Origin: Gallionellaceae bacterium
Lineage (GTDB): Bacteria > Pseudomonadota > Gammaproteobacteria > Burkholderiales > Gallionellaceae
Reading direction: 5' to 3'
Assembly: GCA_037446005.1 (NCBI GenBank)
Contig: JBBIJL010000002.1
Span: 1 to 44,358 of the forward strand
Length of the DNA stretch: 44,358 nt
Made by a program: the position numbers and the translations under genes
Part shown: positions 9,210 to 18,265 of the stretch, in pieces
Numbering within the stretch: position 1 is the first letter of the stretch
How the letters are laid out: every line of letters begins with the position of its first letter
The notes under the pieces: model-generated
What the model was told of the DNA's origin: nothing
Database searches by the model: none
Seen by the model: the letters and a program-made list of their open reading frames with translations, nothing else

Positions 9210-9265
9210 CCAGTGCCCAGATTAATCTCTTCGGGGGCGACAGAAGAGATTAATCTGGGCACTGG
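9210..9265. terminator. 23-bp perfect inverted repeat between convergent genes
   Basis: CCAGTGCCCAGATTAATCTCTTC (9210-9232), a 10-nt loop, then GAAGAGATTAATCTGGGCACTGG (9243-9265). It lies between the flavodoxin gene (+) and the NmrA-like gene (-). Confidence 0.5.
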
Positions 9266-9385
9266 GAAACAACTGTATTGCTGCTTTGAGATTCGGTTTT
9301 CATAAGACCAAAGCGTACCGAAGTCAGTTCGATTTGACTATCGCCATATCAGCAAGGGCAGGCCGCAGCCTGCCCCGAGTTGAAG

Positions 9386-10234
9386 TTAAAGCGACGCCGC
9401 CACTGCCGTTGCCAGCGGTGTTGTTGCTCTGCCGATGAGCCGACTGAGTTGGCGTCCATCGTCGAATAGCGCGCCTTTGGATACGCCCGTGTCGGAATTC
9501 GCCAGCAGTTCGGCGAGGAATTCCGGCAGGCCTGCGCCGAGCAGCGCTTTTTTGTATTCCGCTTCCGGCAGGTTGACGTAGCCGATGGCTTTTCCGCTCT
9601 GGCGCGAAATTTCTGCGGCAAATTCGCTCAGGGTGTAGGCGCTGTCACCGGCCAGTTCATAAATCTTGCCGGCCTGATTGTCGCTGGTGAGCACGACGGC
9701 GGCGGCTTCGGCGTAGTCGGCGCGCGTGGCGGAGGAGATGCGGCCGTCGCCCGCGCAGCCATACACCGCGCCCAGGGCCAATGCGGTGGGGATGCCGGCG
9801 GTGTAGTTCTCGGTGTACCAGCTGTTGCGCAGCAACGCGAAGGGCACGCCGGATGCGCGGATCAATGCTTCCGTCTCTTTGTGTTCGGCGGCCAGCCCGA
9901 GCGGAGAGGTGTCGGCGCGCAGCACACTGGTGTAGGCCAACAGTTTGACTCCCGCGCGTTTGGCGGCGTCGATGACGCTGCGGTGCTGTTGCGTGCGTTG
10001 TCCGACTTCGCTGGAGGAAATCAATAACACCTTGTCCGCGCCTTGCAGCGCCACATCCAAACTCGCGGGTTGGCCGTAGTCGGCATGGCGCACTTGCACG
10101 CCCAATGCCGCGAGGTCTTTGGCTTTCTCGACGTTGCGCACGGCGGCGACGATGTTGCTGGCGGCGGTTTTTTTCAGCAGTGCTGCGATGACGAGACGGC
10201 CCAATTGTCCGGTAGCTCCGGTTACGACGATCAT
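9386..10234 (-). CDS. NmrA/SDR-family NAD(P)H-binding oxidoreductase (QorB/YtfG-like)
   Basis: The N-terminal MIVVTGATGQLGR is a Rossmann motif. It is 282 aa and is divergently paired with an HxlR regulator, the usual arrangement. Confidence 0.85.
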   Translation of the reverse strand: MIVVTGATGQLGRLVIAALLKKTAASNIVAAVRNVEKAKDLAALGVQVRHADYGQPASLDVALQGADKVLLISSSEVGQRTQQHRSVIDAAKRAGVKLLAYTSVLRADTSPLGLAAEHKETEALIRASGVPFALLRNSWYTENYTAGIPTALALGAVYGCAGDGRISSATRADYAEAAAVVLTSDNQAGKIYELAGDSAYTLSEFAAEISRQSGKAIGYVNLPEAEYKKALLGAGLPEFLAELLANSDTGVSKGALFDDGRQLSRLIGRATTPLATAVAASL

Positions 10235-10328
10235 GGTGTTTCCTTTCTGTTCAAGTTAATCAAGTTGGGGATGCGAAGAATATCCGTTACAATGACTTTT
10301 CGTAAGTACGTACAAAAAGGTAAGTGAT

Positions 10329-10718
10329 ATGGCCGCAAAAAATACCGGCAAACTCGCGCAGGCAATGCGTCGCGGAGAAGTCCTGTCCCCGGAATGCCCT
10401 TCGCGCGAAATCCTCAAGCACGTCACCAGCCGCTGGGGCGTGCTGGTGCTGGTGGCGTTGCGGGAAGGCACGCACCGCTTCAGCGACCTGCGCCGCAAGG
10501 TGGGGGAGGTGAGCGAAAAGATGCTGGCGCAAACGCTACAGCAGTTGGAGCAGGACGGCTTCATCAAGCGGGTGTCGCATCCCGTGGTGCCGCCGCATGT
10601 GGAATATTCGCTGACGCCGCTGGGAGAGGGCGTCGGCACTCAGGTTGAGGCGCTGACCGACTGGATCGAAACCAATCTGCCGAAAATCATGAAGGCGCAG
10701 CAAAAGCGCGAGCTATAA
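10329..10718 (+). CDS. HxlR-family transcriptional regulator
   Basis: CPSREILKHVTSRWGVLVL..L..G..RFSDLRRKV..VSEKMLAQTLQQLEQDGFIKR...PPHVEYSLTPLG is the HxlR winged-helix signature. Confidence 0.88.
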   Translation: MAAKNTGKLAQAMRRGEVLSPECPSREILKHVTSRWGVLVLVALREGTHRFSDLRRKVGEVSEKMLAQTLQQLEQDGFIKRVSHPVVPPHVEYSLTPLGEGVGTQVEALTDWIETNLPKIMKAQQKREL

Positions 10719-10766
10719 ATCCGGCGTTGTTCGCGGAACGTGGCGGCATTTTTTCGCGCGGGTTAC

Positions 10767-10781
10767 TGGCACACTATTCGC
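10767..10781 (+). promoter_or_regulatory. sigma54-type promoter upstream of the ATP-grasp/alpha-E/Anbu operon
   Basis: TGGCAC-ACTAT-TCGC keeps GG-N10-GC; the -12 element is TCGC rather than TTGC. It lies 36 nt upstream of ATG 10817. Confidence 0.5.
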
Positions 10782-10790
10782 TTAATGTCT

Positions 10791-10806
10791 TGTAGGAAAA
10801 ACTACA
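10791..10806. promoter_or_regulatory. palindrome TGTAG-N6-CTACA in the operon leader
   Basis: TGTAGGAAAAACTACA lies between the putative -12 element and the start codon. It formally matches TGT-N10-ACA but sits downstream of the promoter. Confidence 0.3.
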
Positions 10807-10816
10807 GGGCACTGCT

Positions 10817-12268
10817 ATGGAACTCGCTGCATCCGAATATTCCGCGAACTCCGCCTACGACGAGCTGCTGGATAGCGGGCTTCAGTCGCGCGCCGCAGCC
10901 CAGCCGCTGTTCGACTATCTCGACACGCTGGATAAAAACGAATTGGCCGCACGCCGACAGGCGGTGGATGCCACCATTATGGCGATGGGTATCACCTTCA
11001 CGGTTTACAGCGACTCCGGTAACATCGACCGCGCGTGGCCGTTCGATCCCATTCCCCGCGTGATGGCGCGCAGCGAATGGGCGCGCATCCAGGCGGGACT
11101 CAAGCAACGCCTCTCCGCGCTGAACCTGTTCATCAACGACCTGTATAACGAGCAACGCATCGTCAAAGACGGCGTGTTTCCCGCCGAAGTGCTCGAAGGT
11201 TCGGGCAACTTCCGCCCGCAATGCGTCGGCATCACGCCCCGCTTTGGCGTGTGGGCACACATCTGCGGCACCGACCTAGTGCGCGACCGCGACGGCACGG
11301 TGTACGTGCTGGAAGACAATCTGCGTGTTCCCTCCGGCGTCTCCTACATGTTGGAGAACCGCCAGATCATGAAGCGCATCTTCCCCGAAGTGTTCCGCAC
11401 CACGAATATTTTGCCGATAGACGATTACCCCACCCAGCTCTACCAGACATTGTCAGCACTTTCCCCTCGCCCCGGCGACCAGCCCGTGATCGCCGTGCTC
11501 ACGCCGGGCATTTACAACTCCGCCTATTTCGAGCACAGCTATCTGGCGCAGCAGATGGGCGCATATCTGGTGGAAGGTTCCGATCTTGTGGTGGGCGACG
11601 ATGACACGGTTTACATGAAAAGCATCACAGGCCTACAGCGCGTGGATGTGATCTATCGCCGCATCGACGACGCCTTTCTCGACCCCGAAGTGTTCAATCC
11701 GGATTCGCAACTGGGCGTGAGCGGTCTGATGCGCGCATGGCGCAAAGGCAACGTCGGCATCGCCAACGCGCCCGGTGCCGGTGTGGCAGACGACAAAGTC
11801 GTGTATGCCTTCGTGCCGCAGATCATCAAATATTATTTGAATGAGGAGCCCATCCTCGCCAACGTGCCCAGCTACCTGTGCATGTACGACGACCAGCGCG
11901 AGTATGTGCTGGACAATCTGGACAAGCTCGTGGTCAAGCCCGCGAACGAATCCGGCGGCTACGGCATGCTGATCGGCCCGCGTGCCACGCCGGAAGAGCG
12001 CGCACAATTCGCCGAACTGATCCGCGCCAATCCGCGCAACTATATGGCGCAACCCACGCTCGACATCTCCACCGCACCGACGCTGGTGGATGGAATACTT
12101 GCACCGCGCCATCTCGACTTGCGCCCCTTCGTGCTGCAATCGGACAAGCTCTACGCCACCACCGGCGGGCTCACCCGCGTGGCGCTACGCAAAGGCTCGC
12201 TGGTGGTGAACTCATCGCAAGGCGGTGGCAGCAAAGACACATGGATCGTGGAGGATGACGCATGCTAG
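10817..12268 (+). CDS. circularly permuted type-2 ATP-grasp protein (COG2308-like)
   Basis: 483 aa. Sequence pattern and order (followed by alpha-E and a proteasome-type peptidase) match the Anbu-operon ligase family as I remember it. Confidence 0.85.
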   Translation: MELAASEYSANSAYDELLDSGLQSRAAAQPLFDYLDTLDKNELAARRQAVDATIMAMGITFTVYSDSGNIDRAWPFDPIPRVMARSEWARIQAGLKQRLSALNLFINDLYNEQRIVKDGVFPAEVLEGSGNFRPQCVGITPRFGVWAHICGTDLVRDRDGTVYVLEDNLRVPSGVSYMLENRQIMKRIFPEVFRTTNILPIDDYPTQLYQTLSALSPRPGDQPVIAVLTPGIYNSAYFEHSYLAQQMGAYLVEGSDLVVGDDDTVYMKSITGLQRVDVIYRRIDDAFLDPEVFNPDSQLGVSGLMRAWRKGNVGIANAPGAGVADDKVVYAFVPQIIKYYLNEEPILANVPSYLCMYDDQREYVLDNLDKLVVKPANESGGYGMLIGPRATPEERAQFAELIRANPRNYMAQPTLDISTAPTLVDGILAPRHLDLRPFVLQSDKLYATTGGLTRVALRKGSLVVNSSQGGGSKDTWIVEDDAC

Positions 12269-13251
12269 CCCGTGCCGCAGAAAATCTGTACTGGATGGCG
12301 CGCTATCTGGAACGCGCCGAAAACACCGCCCGCCTGATCAACAGTACTACCCATGTGCTGCTCGATCTGCCTTTGGGGGCGACCTTCGGCTGGGCCAATC
12401 TCATCGAGATCGCCGGGCTGGATAACCTGTTCGAGCAACACTATGGCGAAGCGAACGAAGAATCCATCATGCGCTTCCTCATCGAAGATGCCCGCAACCC
12501 CGGCTCCATCTATTCCTGCGTGCAATATGCGCGCGAGAACACCCGCACCCTGCGCGAAGTGTTGCCCGCCGAGATGTGGGAGCGTATCAACAGCCTGTAT
12601 CTGTATGTGCGCGACAACGCCGCCACCGCCTGCCGCAACCGGCGCGAACGTTACATGGTGTTGAACAATATCATCGAACAACGCCATGCCATCGTCGGGC
12701 TGGTATCGGGCTCCATGGCGCACGACATGGCGTACCAGATCATCAAACTCGGGCGCAACATCGAGCGTGCCGACATGACTACGCGCATCCTCGATCTCAA
12801 CTCCGCCGTGAAATTTCCGCAGGACGGCGTGCTGCACGAAACGCTCATGGAACGGGTATGGATGAGCACCCTCAACTCGCTTTCCGCCTATCAGACTTAT
12901 CGCCGCCTCGTCTCCATGCACGTGCGCAGCGGCGCGGTGATCGGCTTCGTGCTGCATGACATGCGTTTCCCGCGTAGCGTCGAACACTGCTTGGGCGAAA
13001 TGGAATCCTGTTTCAGACTGCTGCCGAAATCGCAGCAACTGCAACAGCTCACCGCCCAACTGCGCCACAAGATCGCACAACACGCGACCGACGGCCTCGA
13101 CGCCGTGGCACTGCACGAATACCTCGACCTGTTGCAGGCCGATCTGGGCGAGATACACAACGCGCTGACGCAGAACTATTTCCACGCCTACCGCGAAGGT
13201 GTTCAACTGCCCAGCCACGGCCAGCACGAGATCGAATTTGCCGAGCAATGA
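12262..13251 (+). CDS. alpha-E domain protein (COG2307-like)
   Basis: It starts MLARAAENLYWMARYLERAENTARL, the typical alpha-E N-terminus. It overlaps the ATP-grasp stop by 7 nt. Confidence 0.82.
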   Translation: MLARAAENLYWMARYLERAENTARLINSTTHVLLDLPLGATFGWANLIEIAGLDNLFEQHYGEANEESIMRFLIEDARNPGSIYSCVQYARENTRTLREVLPAEMWERINSLYLYVRDNAATACRNRRERYMVLNNIIEQRHAIVGLVSGSMAHDMAYQIIKLGRNIERADMTTRILDLNSAVKFPQDGVLHETLMERVWMSTLNSLSAYQTYRRLVSMHVRSGAVIGFVLHDMRFPRSVEHCLGEMESCFRLLPKSQQLQQLTAQLRHKIAQHATDGLDAVALHEYLDLLQADLGEIHNALTQNYFHAYREGVQLPSHGQHEIEFAEQ

Positions 13252-13340
13252 AGGCGCGTGTTAGTGTCAGGGACGTGATTCATTGCCCGTTCGTGTTGAA
13301 CTGAGCGGATCGATAAAAACTTAATTCAAGCCAAACCGAT

Positions 13341-14069
13341 ATGACCTATTGCGTTGCCATCAACACCGAACAAGGGTTGGTTTTTTGTTCAGACTCCCGT
13401 ACCAATGCGGGGTTTGACAACATTTCCATCTATTCCAAGATGCACACCTTCGTCTGGCCGGGCGAGCGCACCTTCGTGCTGCTCTCCGCCGGCAATCTCG
13501 CCACCACGCAATCGGTGGTCAAGCGCCTGTGGAGCGACATCGAGAACAACTCCACCGTCAACCTGCGCAACGTCGCCAACATGCTGGGGGCATCCGACTA
13601 CATCGCCAGCATCAGCGCCGGGGTTCAAAAGCAGCATGTCGAACGCGACACCGCATCCACCAATTTCGAAGCCACCTTTATTTTCGGCGGACAGATCGGC
13701 ACAGACAAACCCGAGACGCTGCTGATCTACCCGCAGGGCAACTACATCCACGAATCCGACGAACACCCGTTCATGCAGATCGGCGAAGTGAAATACGGCA
13801 AACCCATCCTCGACCGCGTCATCAAACGCACCACGCCGCTGACCCACGCCGCCCGCTGCGCACTCGTCTCGATGAACTCCACCGTGCGCAGCAATCTCAC
13901 TGTCGGTCCGCCCATTGACCTACTCATCTACAAAAAAGACAGCCTCGATTTCGGCCAGCGCATGACCCTCACCGAAAATGACCCGTTCGCCAAACAACTC
14001 TCCGAAACGTGGAATCAGGGGTTGATACAGGCACTGGAGAATCTGCCGCACTTTCCTTGGGAAGGTTGA
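13341..14069 (+). CDS. Anbu proteasome-type (Ntn) peptidase
   Basis: MTYCVAINTEQGLVFCSDSRTNAG..LLSAGNLATTQSV matches the Anbu N-terminus (a Thr right after Met as the putative Ntn nucleophile). Confidence 0.85.
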   Translation: MTYCVAINTEQGLVFCSDSRTNAGFDNISIYSKMHTFVWPGERTFVLLSAGNLATTQSVVKRLWSDIENNSTVNLRNVANMLGASDYIASISAGVQKQHVERDTASTNFEATFIFGGQIGTDKPETLLIYPQGNYIHESDEHPFMQIGEVKYGKPILDRVIKRTTPLTHAARCALVSMNSTVRSNLTVGPPIDLLIYKKDSLDFGQRMTLTENDPFAKQLSETWNQGLIQALENLPHFPWEG

Positions 14070-14147
14070 GGTTCGATTTCAGCGGGGGATGAGTGCCGTT
14101 TAGGTTTCGGTAGAGGTCGTTAGGCGGCTGAAATTGAGTGGCCGATT

Positions 14148-14181
14148 CTCGTCCTTATGTGGTGCGCTACATAAGGACGAG
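14148..14181. terminator. 13-bp perfect stem-loop between convergent genes
   Basis: CTCGTCCTTATGT, an 8-nt loop, then ACATAAGGACGAG. It lies between Anbu (+) and yegD (-). Confidence 0.5.
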
Positions 14182-14202
14182 GAGCAGTCGCTGGGGGAGG
14201 CG

Positions 14203-15468
14203 TCAGCCGAAGCGGCGTTGCGCCTCTACCGCGAGGCCTGCGCCGATGCTGCCGAACAAGTCGCCTTCTATGCGTCGGGCTTGGGGTAGCTGGGCGGCGA
14301 TGCGTTCGCGCAGCAGCGGCACGCCGCTGGCGCCGCCGGTGAAAAATACAGTATCCACTGCCTCGCAACGCACTCCGGCCTTTGCCAGCAAAGCACTCAG
14401 GGTGGCTCCGATCCGTTCCACCAGCTGCGTCGAAGTCTGTTCAAACTCGACCCGGGTCAGTGTGTGGCGCAGATCCGGTTCTAGTCGATCCAGATGCAGG
14501 ATGGTGCTGTCGCCAGCGGACAAGGCGATCTTGGCTTCTTCCACTTGCATTGCCAGCCAATGGCCGGCGCGGTCACGGATCAGTTTGAGTAGCCGATCCA
14601 TGGCTTCGGGCGCTTGGGTGTCCAGATATAGCTCTTGCAGGTCGGCCCAAGTTCGGCGTGTGTAGGCTTGATTGATGGTGTGCCAAGTGGCTAGGTTCGT
14701 GTAGTAGCTGGCTGGCATTTCCAAGCCGCGCTTGAGCTTGCTGCGATAACCAAGCAGGGGCATCACTCCGGCCAGACTCAGTTGCCGGTCGAAGTTGGTG
14801 CCGCCAATGTGCACGCCGCCGTTGGCCAACAGGTCGTCGCGCCGATCCGCGAGTTTGGCTCGTTGCGGTGAGAGTCGGATCAGGGAAAAGTCGGAGGTGC
14901 CGCCGCCGATGTCGGCGATCAGCACCAGTTCTTCGCGGTCAATCTGGCGTTCGTAGTGATAGGCCGCGGCGATGGGCTCGTACTGAAAACTCACCTCGCG
15001 GAAGCCGGTGGCGCGGACGATGGCTTCGAGGGTCGCCTCGGCCTTTTGGTCGGCTGCGGTATCATCATCCACGAAGAACACAGGTCGGCCAAACACGGCT
15101 TGGTCGAAAGATCTGTCTGCTGCTGTTTCGGCCCGCTGCTTAAGTTCGGCGATGAATTGAGCCAGCAATTCCATGTATGTCTTTGAGCGCCCTTGAACCT
15201 CGGTTCTGCCTTCCATCAGGCTGCTGCCCAAGAGGCTTTTCAAGGCGCGCATCAGACGGCCTTCGTAGCCTTCCATATATTCGTTGAGGCCGGCCCGGCC
15301 GACGCTTATGGAGTTTTCGTCGGCATTGAAAAATATCACGGAGGGCAGGGTGACCTTGCCGTCTTCCAGCGCCAGCAAGGGCGGCTGGCCGGGACGTAGC
15401 CAGCCAGCCGTGGAATTGGATGTACCGAAATCGATGCCGCAGGCGCGGGCAGGAGTTTCAACAGACAT
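14203..15468 (-). CDS. yegD: Hsp70-family ATPase, YegD-like
   Basis: GIDFGTSNS phosphate-1 motif, ..FQYEPIAAA.., and ..ADIGGGTSDFSL.. The length and the absence of a substrate-binding domain fit YegD. Confidence 0.85.
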   Translation of the reverse strand: MSVETPARACGIDFGTSNSTAGWLRPGQPPLLALEDGKVTLPSVIFFNADENSISVGRAGLNEYMEGYEGRLMRALKSLLGSSLMEGRTEVQGRSKTYMELLAQFIAELKQRAETAADRSFDQAVFGRPVFFVDDDTAADQKAEATLEAIVRATGFREVSFQYEPIAAAYHYERQIDREELVLIADIGGGTSDFSLIRLSPQRAKLADRRDDLLANGGVHIGGTNFDRQLSLAGVMPLLGYRSKLKRGLEMPASYYTNLATWHTINQAYTRRTWADLQELYLDTQAPEAMDRLLKLIRDRAGHWLAMQVEEAKIALSAGDSTILHLDRLEPDLRHTLTRVEFEQTSTQLVERIGATLSALLAKAGVRCEAVDTVFFTGGASGVPLLRERIAAQLPQARRIEGDLFGSIGAGLAVEAQRRFG

Positions 15469-15865
15469 AGGCGGGAGATGACCTAAAACCGAGCCGATAG
15501 AAAATGGGCGGCGATGCTACCGCCACTGCGGGTAAAAGTCGAATGAATGCACCTTGCCCATCGGTAATACGCAAACACGGCGTCTGAACCTTGCCGCCGC
15601 CTTGCAATAGGGCATCGCGATGTTCGGGTTCGTGCTGTGCATCGCGTAGCTCTATTGGCAAAGACAATCTGCCCATCTCGCGGCGCACCTTGATGCAGAA
15701 CGGGCAGGTCTTGAAGTGATACAGCGCCAGCTGGCCGCATTCCACATCGTTCTGCTGTTGTGCCTCCGCACTGCGCACTATGCCTTTTGGCATTGCCAGT
15801 TTTGCCCATAGCAACGTGAACGGCATCAACGCCAAGCGCAGTGTCTTGAAAAACATTTTTACCAT
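15458..15865 (-). CDS. glutaredoxin-family protein with hydrophobic N-terminus (C-terminus possibly frameshifted)
   Basis: ATG 15865. LYHFKTCPFCIKVR (CPFC active site) and ..GGGKVQTPCLRI.. are present. The last ~30 aa look non-homologous, and the ORF runs 11 nt into yegD. Confidence 0.7.
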   Translation of the reverse strand: MVKMFFKTLRLALMPFTLLWAKLAMPKGIVRSAEAQQQNDVECGQLALYHFKTCPFCIKVRREMGRLSLPIELRDAQHEPEHRDALLQGGGKVQTPCLRITDGQGAFIRLLPAVAVASPPIFYRLGFRSSPAYVC

Positions 15866-15930
15866 TTTCTATTCCGGATTTTGTTTCTGTGCGGGATCCC
15901 TGCGACTCAAGGGCGCGCGATTCTACTGAA

Positions 15931-16248
15931 TCAAATGGCGGACGCCAGCTTTTCGGCCAACTTCCCGACATTCGACCAGTCCAGATTGATCGCGCTTTTG
16001 CGGGTGGCGATGCTCATGCCCGAATCACGCACCGTGCCGACGAATCCGTCATCACTGGCGATCGGGCTCATGTAAATCTCGCGTTCCGGGCTGATGCCGT
16101 CGCGCACGGCAACCAAGGCAAACGAAAGGCTGGAGGCTTCTGCAGGCGTGAGTCTCAATACAAAGTCGTCCGCGAGTTGCAGGCGTATCTGTTTGCCGAG
16201 CACGCGATGCAGCGTACTGCTGACTGCAAAAAAGTTCGACTCAGACAT
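15931..16248 (-). CDS. hypothetical protein (105 aa), last gene of the nifE-led gene string
   Basis: ATG 16248 overlaps the ankyrin stop (ATGTCTGA, 8-nt overlap), which argues for translational coupling. I recognise no motif. Confidence 0.55.
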   Translation of the reverse strand: MSESNFFAVSSTLHRVLGKQIRLQLADDFVLRLTPAEASSLSFALVAVRDGISPEREIYMSPIASDDGFVGTVRDSGMSIATRKSAINLDWSNVGKLAEKLASAI

Positions 16249-16711
16249 TCACCGTCTCCCGCACTGCCTTGAGCAGGCGCATACAGTGGATGTTCGCCGC
16301 CAACTCCAGCGCGGTGAAATCATCCAGCGTTATCAATGCGGCATTCGCGCCCGCATCCAACAGTAAACGCACCAGAGGAGTCTTGCCGGCCGAAGCGCAG
16401 TAGATGAGTGCCGTGGCGCCGTTTATATTTTGCGTATTGAGCGGTGCGCCCGCTTTGATGAGTGCAGAGGCACACGCTTCGCTGTTGGCAAAGCAGGAGA
16501 ACCACAGTGCGCCGTTACCATCCGCATTGATCCGCCTAGGATCCGCACCCCGGGTTAGCAATGCGCCGATGGCATCAACATCGCCGACACGCGCGGCATG
16601 CATCAAAGGCGTGGTGCCATTGCTAAGCGTCATATTTATCCCGGTTTGTAACGGCTCGGATACATTGAATCCGGCTTGCAGCAACCAACACTTCAGTTCG
16701 TTATCGTTCAT
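16241..16711 (-). CDS. ankyrin-repeat protein
   Basis: ATG 16711 has AAGGAAAC upstream. Repeats of the type NGTTPLMHAARVGDVDAIGALLTRGADP, DGNGALWFS.., NGATALIYCASAGKTPLVRLLLDAGAN. Confidence 0.85.
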   Translation of the reverse strand: MNDNELKCWLLQAGFNVSEPLQTGINMTLSNGTTPLMHAARVGDVDAIGALLTRGADPRRINADGNGALWFSCFANSEACASALIKAGAPLNTQNINGATALIYCASAGKTPLVRLLLDAGANAALITLDDFTALELAANIHCMRLLKAVRETVNV

Positions 16712-16724
16712 TCTGTTTCCTTTT

Positions 16725-18263
16725 TTATTCGTATGCGGGCAAGGTCGAGATGCGTGGATCATCCAGCGCCATACCCACCGCGTAGTGATAAATCACCTGC
16801 AACGTATCGTCTTTGAGACCCAGCACTTCATGGTCGGCATCGTCGAAGAAACAGCCGATACCCGTGCCGCGCCATCCGGCGGCTTCGGCTTCCAGCGTGA
16901 CGATATGCCCAAGCATGCCCGCCTCCCAATGCAGATGCCGGTACGCAGCGGGATCTGCTGCAACGGGGATGGCGAATTCGGCCACCAGCATGAAAGTGAC
17001 GGCACACTGAGTAGCGATATCCTGATGACAAGACAAAGTGCGTGCGGTTTTTCCGGCACGGGCGGCGACCAGTTGGTACAAAGGCAATCCCGTATCAACA
17101 GATTGCCAAGTGAAGGTGTCGCGGAAGGCTGCCTGCAGCAATGTCCGCGCGGCATCATTGCGCGGCAGCGCATACACGCCGGGCGCGATTCCTTCCACGC
17201 GATGTACCAGCAACACCGGATGCACGCGCGGGGTGAGCGTCCACATATTCCACACCGGCGAGCCGCCGGGCAACAGCGCCGCGAGCATGCGCCAGAACAC
17301 GGCCAGCGGCATCACCGACTGCCCGTCGAAAGCTTGCGCGCTGCGGCGTTTTAACAACACTTGTGCGGCACGGATATCGTCATTGCCGCCTCTCCCTGCT
17401 ATTGCGCTAAAACGGGACACATCAGTCGCCGGCGAATTGCCGCGCGTAGCCACCGCCACCTCTTCGATCACCGGCCATTGGTACTGCGGGTGCGCATCGA
17501 GCAACGAGGGTTTTCCCGCCCAATACCGCCACTCCAAAGGCAATGCGCTTTCCGTCGGATGCAGCGCGACGATCACCTCGGCCTCTTCGCGCTCCACCCC
17601 CGCAAAATCTTCGGCGCGATCCACACCAAGAGTATGTGCCAACATCGCCGCACCGACTCCCGACAAGCGCGGTGTCCATCCATGCAATGCCGCCGCATAA
17701 CTCAGCGCCGCCAGCACATGCCCCATATCGAGCTGGCAATAGCGGAAAGCGCGCTCGCCGTATTTCCATGCCTCGCGCCAATGGATGGAACTGAAGCCCA
17801 GCCATGCGCCAGCCGTCTGCGTATCGCAGCCCCAAGCGCGGCGCTCCAGTGCGTGATGCAGATTTTGATAGTGATACAGGCCATCCTCCAGCCCCGCGAC
17901 TCCGGCGCTGATGAACCAGGTCTCGGTCGGATGCAGGTTGCCGGAGGAAGGGTGTACGCGCAAAGACCAGCGCGAACCGGCATATTCTTTCCACGCCGTC
18001 AGCCCCGCGCACAAGCGCAATAAAGAGCCGAAATTTTGTATGTTGAAAGGCAGTGCTGCGCGCGATGCGGCGAGCTCGCTCCAGGCGATTTCGGCCACCG
18101 CAATCTCGCGCGGCAAAGGAGCCTGCGCTGCGCCGAGCCAATCGCGAAACGCCGCAGGCTGGGCATCCCAGTCCAATGTGCCCGGTCCGGCGGCATAACG
18201 CTCCGGCGCGTGCTTGCTGCGCGAGTGGTAAGCCAGCACGGTCGCGACGCGAACATCCCCCAT
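16725..18263 (-). CDS. SagB/ThcOx-type nitroreductase-fold dehydrogenase (about 512 aa)
   Basis: ATG 18263 lies 2 nt after the nifZ stop. The N-terminal ..YHSRSKH....Y..GPG.LDW..QP and a duplicated nitroreductase-like architecture match SagB-type proteins as I remember them. Confidence 0.7.
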   Translation of the reverse strand: MGDVRVATVLAYHSRSKHAPERYAAGPGTLDWDAQPAAFRDWLGAAQAPLPREIAVAEIAWSELAASRAALPFNIQNFGSLLRLCAGLTAWKEYAGSRWSLRVHPSSGNLHPTETWFISAGVAGLEDGLYHYQNLHHALERRAWGCDTQTAGAWLGFSSIHWREAWKYGERAFRYCQLDMGHVLAALSYAAALHGWTPRLSGVGAAMLAHTLGVDRAEDFAGVEREEAEVIVALHPTESALPLEWRYWAGKPSLLDAHPQYQWPVIEEVAVATRGNSPATDVSRFSAIAGRGGNDDIRAAQVLLKRRSAQAFDGQSVMPLAVFWRMLAALLPGGSPVWNMWTLTPRVHPVLLVHRVEGIAPGVYALPRNDAARTLLQAAFRDTFTWQSVDTGLPLYQLVAARAGKTARTLSCHQDIATQCAVTFMLVAEFAIPVAADPAAYRHLHWEAGMLGHIVTLEAEAAGWRGTGIGCFFDDADHEVLGLKDDTLQVIYHYAVGMALDDPRISTLPAYE

Positions 18264-18265
18264 CA

